DNA of 64,000 nt, from NCBI GenBank assembly GCA_965221905.1, contig OZ244922.1:2656001-2720000 (forward strand), written 5' to 3'. The DNA comes from Chloroflexota bacterium (lineage in GTDB: Bacteria > Chloroflexota > UBA11872 > VXOZ01). How positions within the stretch are numbered: the first letter of the stretch is position 1; each line of letters opens with the position of its first letter. A program made the position numbers and the translations under genes. The notes beneath the pieces are model-generated. The model was not told the DNA's origin and did no database searches. It saw only the letters and a program-made list of their open reading frames with translations. Shown here in pieces: positions 1 through 7,467 of this stretch.

Positions 1-119
1 AGGTGGAGCGCCGTTTCAGCCCACTTAATATCATTCCGTGCAACTATTTCGAGCGCATAAGGCACACGTAGTGCGCAATTGCCGTCTTTGATGCGATTTC
101 AAGCGAAGGGAGAAGAATC

Positions 120-1169
120 GTGCGCCGCGTTGTATTGTCCGGCACCCCCTATGAGATGGGCCTCCAGCACGGCACTGCTTGCGCTGAGGCCATCAGTACA
201 GCGATTGAGCGGGTAGTCTTTGGCTCAAGAATCGATGCTACCCACCGTGCACGCGTCGTCCGACAGATGGAGCGTAACATCGACCGGGTTTTTCCTGAGG
301 CGCTCAAAGAGATACAGGGCATCGCCGACGGCGCGGGTCTCAAGAGCGAGGACATCTTGGCGTATACGTCGTGTATGGAAGTCGGCCGCAGCGCGGTCGG
401 TTGCACGAACGTCGCTCTGCGCACGGACGATCACGGAGTCGTGCATTACAAGTCCAACGACGTCGGTAAGGAATCTCTCGGATCGTATATCTTCTGGGAT
501 ATTAGGCCCGAAAAAGGCCATCCGCTCATCTGCGTCTCCGGTCCAGGCGCGCCCTGGATGGGGCCGGGGCTAAACGATACCGGCCTCACCTTTGGCGGCA
601 GCAGCATCATGAATACCGATCAGGATTGGGATCACGGTATTCCTACCAACCTCCTGCAGCGCTATCTTCTGCAGTACTGCGCGGACGTAGACGAGGGCAT
701 CGCGCTCTGCGAGAGTACCCCGGTTATGAACCACGGCATGAATGTCATGCTGACCGATCCCGCCGAGAACGCCGTGGTGGTGGAACGGTCGGCAACGCGC
801 ATGGCAGTGCGGCGGATGGAAGAAGATGCGATCTGGTGTGCAAACCACTACGTGACGGCGGAAATGCTGCCCGTGGACAACCGGACAAACGCTGACTTTC
901 GCGCGAACAGCGAGGGCCGCACAGCGCTGCTAGCGGCGCTCACGGGTGAAGAAGAGCCCCATACCCTAGAGCAAGTAACACGCATCGCACGCGCTCACGC
1001 CGATCCGGTCTCGCTCTGCCAGCACGGGCCGATGCATAGCGTCTTCGGCCTCATCATGGTTTCACGTGACCGCACTCTGCTCGTGAGCGACGGCTACCCC
1101 TGCCAGAATGAGCTCGAGATGTTTTCCTTTGACACGCGCCTGACCGCACACAGTCCGTCATTACCCTGA
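120..1169 (+). CDS. C45 family Ntn-hydrolase (acyl-CoA:6-aminopenicillanic acid acyltransferase-like peptidase)
   Basis: GTPYEMGLQHG N-terminus, E..GIADGAG, autocleavage G-C-T motif (VGCTN), G.N..GL, CANHY, GYPC near C-terminus; GTG start after GGGAG RBS. Confidence 0.85.
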   Translation: MRRVVLSGTPYEMGLQHGTACAEAISTAIERVVFGSRIDATHRARVVRQMERNIDRVFPEALKEIQGIADGAGLKSEDILAYTSCMEVGRSAVGCTNVALRTDDHGVVHYKSNDVGKESLGSYIFWDIRPEKGHPLICVSGPGAPWMGPGLNDTGLTFGGSSIMNTDQDWDHGIPTNLLQRYLLQYCADVDEGIALCESTPVMNHGMNVMLTDPAENAVVVERSATRMAVRRMEEDAIWCANHYVTAEMLPVDNRTNADFRANSEGRTALLAALTGEEEPHTLEQVTRIARAHADPVSLCQHGPMHSVFGLIMVSRDRTLLVSDGYPCQNELEMFSFDTRLTAHSPSLP

Positions 1170-1189
1170 AAATAGGCGGCCTTGCTCCG

Positions 1190-1213
1190 GTAGCGTAGGT
1201 TTGAAACCTGCGC
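1190..1213 (+). repeat. GTAG-type REP-like palindrome
   Basis: GTAG-CGTAGGTT-TG-AAACCTGCGC hairpin just downstream of a stop codon. Confidence 0.5.
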
Positions 1214-1284
1214 CGCCCGTGGGAGTGACGAGCGGAGAGAATTGTCATTCTTTACTTTGGTCTAGGGTCTGTATGAGACCGGCA

Positions 1285-1310
1285 TGGATTCTCACTTGCG
1301 CGGGAATCCA
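1285..1310. repeat. REP-like palindrome (GGATTC..GCGCGGGAAT family)
   Basis: TGGATTCTCACTTGCGCGGGAATCCA; related copies at 48471-48498 and 59989-60015. Confidence 0.55.
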
Positions 1311-1334
1311 CTGTCGGGAATTGAGGAACTACAC

Positions 1335-3170
1335 ATGAATCAGCCAATCTTGTTGTTGTATTCCGACGATGCGCATACTACCCCTGTGAGCGCAGAAATC
1401 CTGCGCTGTGAGGGTTTCCCCTGGCTTGAGGCGAAACCCGCGGCATCCTTCGTCGACGCACCGCCGGATGTCGAACTCATCGTCGTCGCGGGCAGCGGCG
1501 TGAGCCGGGAAACCGCGGAGCGCTTGGCGGCTGCAGTGGCTGCCGGCACTTCGCTAATTGCCCTTGCGCCCGATCCCGCTTTGCTTGGCGTCTTTGGAGC
1601 CGCGGCGAGCGAGTCTGTAGCCGACGCGTGGCTTACGGTGCGGCAACTGCCGCGCTGGGAACATGGCAGCCTGCCGTTGCTTTGCCCTGATGACATTTCG
1701 CAACCGCTGAGCGGCGGCGAGACGATTGCTGAGCTACGGGATTTGGAGGGCACTGTCCACGGCGCCGGCATTGTGGAGACGCGGCTTGGCGAAGGCAAGG
1801 CGTGGCTGTATGGATACGATCTCTGCCAGGCTGTCGTCACCTTTCGGCACGGCGATGGAGACCTGCATGAGCGACCTAAGCAAGACATGGGGCCGCTTAA
1901 AGGGCCGCGCCATCTTTACAGCTTCTTCGAGCTTTCCGAGAAAACCACCCGCGATATCCCCGTAGCGGACGTCCATCAAGACATTTTGCGTACCCTTGTA
2001 GCGGAGGCACTGGCCGATACGCCCCTGCCGCGCCTCTGGTACTTCCCTGACGCCGCGCCGGCCCTGTGGTTCATCAAGGGCGACGGCTGCGGCGAAGAAG
2101 GCGCGCCAGTGTTAATAGACATTGTGGAGTCGTATGGCGCGTTGCTCACCTTCTACCGGGCACCCTTCAGCCGCTACGAGGGTGACCTGATGAAAGAATG
2201 GCACGCGCGTGGGCATGCAGTTTCCATAGAAGTGGACCTAACGAGCATCACGCAGTATGCCGTGCAGGAAAACGGCAAGCAGGTACGTTACGGCCGCACG
2301 CCGGAAGACTTGAACGAGAACCACCTGTCCGCATTGCGTGCGAACCTGCAGAAATCGTGGGACGTATTTCGTCGAGAGACTGGCCTGGACGTGGAGACCA
2401 TCTGTAGCCACGGCTGTCAGTGGAGCGGCAATCCGCTGCTGGAAATTATGTTGGATTTCGGTTGGTATACGCCCACACACTTCGCCTCCCATGATCCCCG
2501 CATGCGGCGGGATGACAATTACGGCCCGTACATGATCGGCACCGGCCTCTGCATGCCCTATTTTCAACACGGCGTCGGCGTCACCGATATGTGGCACATG
2601 CCGGCCCAGTGGGACGAAAGCCAGACCATCGGCCGGCACGCAGACTTGCTGGCCGGCCCGATGGCGGATACGCCTGATCGGGCCGACGGCATGGTGGGTC
2701 TCACCTCTGAAGAGTACGGCGTGGAATTGGCGCGCTTTGCCGAGAGTGCGGCCACGCGCTGGCACGTAATGCAGATCGCGAACTTTCACCCCGTCTACGC
2801 CGCCGGCCCTCAAGACCACGTCAGAGCCTCGCGCCACGCTCTAGAGTTGGGCATGGAAGGCGCGATTGCTGCCGGTTGCAAGTTCGAGAACCAAGAAGAG
2901 TATTCCAGCTTTTCGCGCGCACGCACGGGCGTGCGCTTGACAGAGTCCTATTCCCAAGACGACAGTCACTTCATCACGCTCGCAGCCGGCAATAATGTGT
3001 CCGGCCTCTCCTTACTCCTGCCGGAAAACGTCCGGTCCGTTCAAGAAAAGAGTTCAGGCGCTAGCCTGCCCATCCGTCAGGCAACGCTAGAGGGCCGACG
3101 CCAACGCGCAGTCATTGTTGATCTAGCTGCGTCAATACCTAAGACGTTGTGCTTTAGATCGGCATCGTAG
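1335..3170 (+). CDS. Hypothetical protein, possible GATase-like N-domain plus polysaccharide-deacetylase-like barrel
   Basis: Long ORF, GAGG RBS before ATG 1335; G.G.AWLYGYDL, PRLWYFP, SHGCQW, NFHP motifs; function is inference. Confidence 0.55.
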   Translation: MNQPILLLYSDDAHTTPVSAEILRCEGFPWLEAKPAASFVDAPPDVELIVVAGSGVSRETAERLAAAVAAGTSLIALAPDPALLGVFGAAASESVADAWLTVRQLPRWEHGSLPLLCPDDISQPLSGGETIAELRDLEGTVHGAGIVETRLGEGKAWLYGYDLCQAVVTFRHGDGDLHERPKQDMGPLKGPRHLYSFFELSEKTTRDIPVADVHQDILRTLVAEALADTPLPRLWYFPDAAPALWFIKGDGCGEEGAPVLIDIVESYGALLTFYRAPFSRYEGDLMKEWHARGHAVSIEVDLTSITQYAVQENGKQVRYGRTPEDLNENHLSALRANLQKSWDVFRRETGLDVETICSHGCQWSGNPLLEIMLDFGWYTPTHFASHDPRMRRDDNYGPYMIGTGLCMPYFQHGVGVTDMWHMPAQWDESQTIGRHADLLAGPMADTPDRADGMVGLTSEEYGVELARFAESAATRWHVMQIANFHPVYAAGPQDHVRASRHALELGMEGAIAAGCKFENQEEYSSFSRARTGVRLTESYSQDDSHFITLAAGNNVSGLSLLLPENVRSVQEKSSGASLPIRQATLEGRRQRAVIVDLAASIPKTLCFRSAS

Positions 3171-3315
3171 GCTGTACTCTTGGGGCTGCGCGCATAGCAT
3201 TTGACTGCGTTGTTTTAGGTGCCGCGCATAGGCGGGTCCCTTGCTTGAGAGCCGTCAGTGAACAGCTAAAGTGACTGTGCTTCAAACACCTTTATTTGAT
3301 TGAAATGGTTTAGGC

Positions 3316-3344
3316 TTGACGGCCCACAGTACGTAACCTAACAT
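3316..3344 (+). promoter_or_regulatory. Putative sigma70 promoter upstream of precursor peptide
   Basis: TTGACG-17 bp-TAACAT. Confidence 0.4.
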
Positions 3345-3600
3345 GGAAACTGCGATCAAAGATGATCGTCCCAACCGTCAACATCGGGGCTTGTTGCATA
3401 GCGTTTAAGGAGGTTACTCTCTAGTAACAGTACTCTAGGATATGTACCGTTATACCGCCCGGATTCAACTGCTAATTTTGAAGAGTGTCTGGACGCAATC
3501 GGCAAGACTTAGGAAATGGATGAGAAGCAAGGGACATGGGTAACGGCCGGTTGGGGATATGGGATACGCACGTTAGAGCTAGTCTTGGAAGGATACTGCG

Positions 3601-3792
3601 ATGAGTGAAGAAAAGTCTGCTTCTAGCGAAAAAGCCGTGGCTGCCGAGACAGAGATCGAACCGGCAAGCGGCGAGATGACCGAGGACGAGTTGTCCGAGG
3701 CCGTCGGTGGCACTGGGACCGTTGATGAACAGGTCCCGCAGACCACCGGTGACAGTGCCGGCAGCGGTTGGTGGAACGACCCCAACCTGTAG
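3601..3792 (+). CDS. RiPP/bacteriocin precursor with double-glycine leader (37-aa leader, 26-aa core)
   Basis: EMTEDELSEAVGG leader end matches the ELxxxELxxVxGG C39 cleavage motif; GGAAGG RBS; lies upstream of a C39 peptidase exporter. Confidence 0.8.
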   Translation: MSEEKSASSEKAVAAETEIEPASGEMTEDELSEAVGGTGTVDEQVPQTTGDSAGSGWWNDPNL

Positions 3793-3809
3793 GTTTTTTG
3801 GCGAAAGAG

Positions 3810-3845
3810 CGCCGGTGCGTTTGCGGCAACGCAAATGCACCGGCG
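3810..3845 (+). terminator. 16-bp stem-loop with GCAA tetraloop after precursor gene (terminator or mRNA stabiliser)
   Basis: CGCCGGTGCGTTTGCG-GCAA-CGCAAATGCACCGGCG, single G-U pair on plus strand, followed by TTGTT. Confidence 0.65.
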
Positions 3846-4317
3846 TTGTTACATATTGAGCGTCGGTTCTTGCAGGCTAAGTCAGAAACCACTCACTGGA
3901 TGCTTCCCCTTGAATGGAGGAGCCAACGAAACCCCGCGGGCCAGTAACACAATTCGATCCAGAGCCATCAATTCCTCCGATGTGGAGGAATTCTTGACTC
4001 TTGGCGCGCCCAATGCCAATTGCGGGAGACGCCCCCACCCATTTGCACTCCTCGGTCACTCAGTTTGTCAGGCCATGGTGCACCAAGTCAAGAGGGGAAG
4101 AATCCTTAATTCAACTGTCTTCAAGCCTGTTCCTTTGGGGGCTATGCCTGCTGCGGTAACCCATGTGGCAAGTTAGCCGATGAAGTCCATACCCCGCACT
4201 GTGATACAGTCATACGGCTGAAAGAAACACGGTGAATTTCAATGCTCGCGTGTATGCATCATTTCGCACATAGTTTCATTGCGGTAGAATAGCCTTCAAA
4301 CTGTCACCTGCCTACCC

Positions 4318-5226
4318 GTGAATGCCGGAGCAGCCACGTTGTCGAACAATCGGCGTTTATATCGCGAGGAAGCATTCGCCCGCAGAGGCAAGACAGAGCC
4401 TCTCTACGGCCTATTGCGTGTGACGGCGCCTCACGAGTGGATTATTCTGGTTTGCCTGTCAATTGCGTTGCTGGGCTTGGCCGCTTGGGGGCTGTTCGGT
4501 AGTGTCGAGCAAAGCGTATCGGCCCAGTGCGTGCTGATCCAACCGGGCGACCGCTATACTATCATTGCTGAGGCCCCCGGAAATGTTGTAGATCTCCTGG
4601 TGGCTGTAGGCGACGAAGTTCAAGCGGGGCAGCCCCTTGCCCGGCTCAGGACCCCCGACCTAAGCCGAGAGATCGTGCTCGCCCGCTCCCGAGTAGACGT
4701 ACTGGAGAGTAAAGCCGCAAAGATGAGCGATGCCCTCGACGAGGCGCGTAGGGAGCTCATTGAACTAGAGGCGATAGCAGCATCCGGTGAGTACATAACA
4801 ACACCATTTGCCGGCGTAATCACGACCTACGAATTGTCCCTAGGGCAGGCGATCGAGGCCGGTTCCAAAGTGGCGAATGTACGTGCAGGCGCCGGCAGTA
4901 GACTTGAGGCGATTGCAGTAGTCTTGCCGGAAAGCGCATCGCGCCTTGCAGTCGGCATGGAGGCACAAGTCCTTACTAAGGACCGGAATCGCAAAGATGC
5001 AAACGTGCTGGAAGCTGAAGTGCACGACATTTCACCACGGCCCGTCACTCCTCCCGACTGGCTCACCTCCCTCGGCCTCCCAACTCTGGCGGGGAGCCAC
5101 GTGGTTCGCGTGGCCTTGCGTGAGGCCCCACCATCTCTCCTGGCGGACGGGGATTCATGTGACGTGCGGATAGTTTTGCGTAGGACCTCGCCCGTGCGAT
5201 TGCTGCTTTCCACCGGATCAAATTGA
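4318..5226 (+). CDS. NHLP bacteriocin system secretion protein (HlyD-like membrane fusion protein)
   Basis: N-terminal LYREEAF...EPL..LLRVTAP, single TM, biotinyl-lipoyl-like VAVGDEVQAGQPLA, C-terminal SPVRLLL. Confidence 0.85.
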   Translation: MNAGAATLSNNRRLYREEAFARRGKTEPLYGLLRVTAPHEWIILVCLSIALLGLAAWGLFGSVEQSVSAQCVLIQPGDRYTIIAEAPGNVVDLLVAVGDEVQAGQPLARLRTPDLSREIVLARSRVDVLESKAAKMSDALDEARRELIELEAIAASGEYITTPFAGVITTYELSLGQAIEAGSKVANVRAGAGSRLEAIAVVLPESASRLAVGMEAQVLTKDRNRKDANVLEAEVHDISPRPVTPPDWLTSLGLPTLAGSHVVRVALREAPPSLLADGDSCDVRIVLRRTSPVRLLLSTGSN

Positions 5227-5240
5227 GGTAGCTGGATACT

Positions 5241-7439
5241 ATGCCAGCAAGTCAAGCAGTAAAACCGGCCGCAAAGCGGATGCGTACGCCACTCTTCCCA
5301 CAGCTTGAAACCTCAGAGTGCGGTGCTGCCTGTCTTGGCATAGTACTTGCTCACTTCGGGCGCTGGGAACCGATTGAAGCGTTGCGAGATGCGTGTGGAG
5401 TGAGCCGTGACGGGAGCAGCGCCGCAGACATCGTCAACGCAGGAAAACGATACGACCTCAAGATTTCCGGCTGGCGCAAGCAAGTCGGCGAGTTGCATGA
5501 CGTGCGCCTGCCGGCAATCCTCTTCTGGGAATTCAACCACTTCCTAGTACTCGAAGGATTTAGGCGCGGTCGCTACTACCTTAACGATCCCGCCAACGGC
5601 CGCCGCACCGTGGATGAAGAGACCCTTGGCCAGGCTTTTACCGGAATCGTCCTGACAGCGGAGCCGGGGCCGGGGTTTCGTACCGGCGGCTCTCCTCCAA
5701 GCGTAATACGCAAGCTTTGGCGCTGGTTGCGCGAAGTCAAGTCGCCACTCGCCTTCGTAGCTGCCTGCGGCCTCCTGCTCGCTTTGCCCGGTCTTTCCCT
5801 CCCCGTTCTCCTTAGCATGTTTGTGGACTACGTTATGAGCGGAGAGGAAGGGTCCTGGGGTGCGTTTCTTGTCGCCGCCGCGGCGATCACCGGAGGGCTG
5901 GTCTACCTGCTCACCTGGCTGCAACAGCATGCGCTTCGCAGGCTTGCTATTCGCCTGTCTGTCGTCCACGCAGAGCGCATGCTTTCACGTCTATTTAGGC
6001 TGCCCGTGGAATTCTTTGCACATCGGTTCGCCGGCGACCTGACGTCTCGGGTCCAGTTAGTCAACGAGGTAGCCAGCGGTTCTTCGCGGCAGTTGCTCGG
6101 CATCATGATCGAGCTCGTTATGAGCGGTCTATTCCTGGTGTTGATGGTCCTCTACAGTCCGCTGCTGGCCGCACTTGTGGCTGCCTTGGGCCTAACAAGC
6201 ATTATGTTAATGCACATACTTTGCCGGTTGCGAAACGACGAAAACCGCCAATTGCGGCGCGAGCAAGCCCTTCTTTACGGTACCGGATCGTCGATCATAC
6301 GCAATATGGAAGCCCTGAGGACAACCGCAGCCGAGGACGACTGCTTCGCGCGCTGGACGGGCTACCAAGCCCGGGAGCTTGTCACCCGGCAGAAGTTCGC
6401 AGAGCTAGGCCACACAATTGCCACGTTGCCCAGGCTGTTTCTCATACTGGGTGGCGTTACGGTCTTGGGATTCGGCGGTTTGCAAGTCATGTCAGGCGAT
6501 ATGACTATCGGCATGTTGATGGGATTCTATGTAGTTTCGGGAAACTTCCTTCAACCAATCGGCCGTTTCGTTCAATTCGCCGATTCTTTCCAAATTCTAG
6601 AAGCGGACTTACAACGCATTGACGATGTGCTAGATACTCCTGAAGACCCTGCGCTGAAAACAGTGAATGACTCTGCGCGAGGAAGGGTTGCTACCTTAAG
6701 CGGTCGGCTGCGAATGGCGGGAAGAATTGAGCTGCGCAACATCACCTTCGGCTACCATCCCAATCGCCCTCCCCTTATTGAAAACATGAGTCTTACCGTC
6801 GAACCAGGTCAGCGCATTGCTTTGGTGGGGCCTACGGGATCGGGTAAATCGACGTTGTTGAAGCTCGTCAGCGGCGAATATACACCTTGGTCAGGCGAAA
6901 TACTTTTCGACGGCGTGCCGCGCAACGAAGTCCCGCGCGAAATTCTTACTCGTTCGCTCTCCATTGTAGACCAGCAGACTTTCCTCTTTGCGGCCTCGGT
7001 GCGTGACAACTTGACCATGTGGAACCCAACAGCCCCCGACGAACAGGTAGTTGCTGCCGCACAGGACGCTCTCATTCACGACGAGATTATGAGCCGCCCA
7101 TCGGGCTATGATTCAAGGGTTGAAGAAGGGGGCACAAATTTCAGTGGCGGCCAGCGACAGCGCATGGAAATCGCCCGCGCCCTTGTCGATAATCCCTCTG
7201 TGCTCTTTCTCGATGAAGCTACCAGCACACTCGATGCCGTGAGCGAGAAGCGTATTGACGACAGCTTGCGGCGCCGCGGCTGTACCTGCATGATCGTTGC
7301 CCACCGCCTGAGCACAATTCGCGATAGCGATCAGATCATCGTCTTGGAACGTGGTCAACAGGTCCAATGCGGCACACACGAGGAACTCATAGCCGACAAA
7401 GACGGCTTATACTTTCAACTGATCCAGTCCCAGTGGTGA
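5241..7439 (+). CDS. NHLP-type ABC exporter, C39 peptidase/permease/ATPase
   Basis: QLETSECGAACL (catalytic Cys), CGVSRDGS, WEFNHF, NDPA; Walker A GPTGSGKS, FSGGQRQR, LDEATS. Confidence 0.93.
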   Translation: MPASQAVKPAAKRMRTPLFPQLETSECGAACLGIVLAHFGRWEPIEALRDACGVSRDGSSAADIVNAGKRYDLKISGWRKQVGELHDVRLPAILFWEFNHFLVLEGFRRGRYYLNDPANGRRTVDEETLGQAFTGIVLTAEPGPGFRTGGSPPSVIRKLWRWLREVKSPLAFVAACGLLLALPGLSLPVLLSMFVDYVMSGEEGSWGAFLVAAAAITGGLVYLLTWLQQHALRRLAIRLSVVHAERMLSRLFRLPVEFFAHRFAGDLTSRVQLVNEVASGSSRQLLGIMIELVMSGLFLVLMVLYSPLLAALVAALGLTSIMLMHILCRLRNDENRQLRREQALLYGTGSSIIRNMEALRTTAAEDDCFARWTGYQARELVTRQKFAELGHTIATLPRLFLILGGVTVLGFGGLQVMSGDMTIGMLMGFYVVSGNFLQPIGRFVQFADSFQILEADLQRIDDVLDTPEDPALKTVNDSARGRVATLSGRLRMAGRIELRNITFGYHPNRPPLIENMSLTVEPGQRIALVGPTGSGKSTLLKLVSGEYTPWSGEILFDGVPRNEVPREILTRSLSIVDQQTFLFAASVRDNLTMWNPTAPDEQVVAAAQDALIHDEIMSRPSGYDSRVEEGGTNFSGGQRQRMEIARALVDNPSVLFLDEATSTLDAVSEKRIDDSLRRRGCTCMIVAHRLSTIRDSDQIIVLERGQQVQCGTHEELIADKDGLYFQLIQSQW

Positions 7440-7467
7440 TGCAAGCCATGCAACAGAAGAGCACCGC

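Noticed and set aside
3442-3543. 33-aa cationic ORF (MYRYTARIQ...) upstream of the precursor
   Set aside because: The AAGGAGG is about 28 nt from the ATG and there is no leader motif; unsupported.
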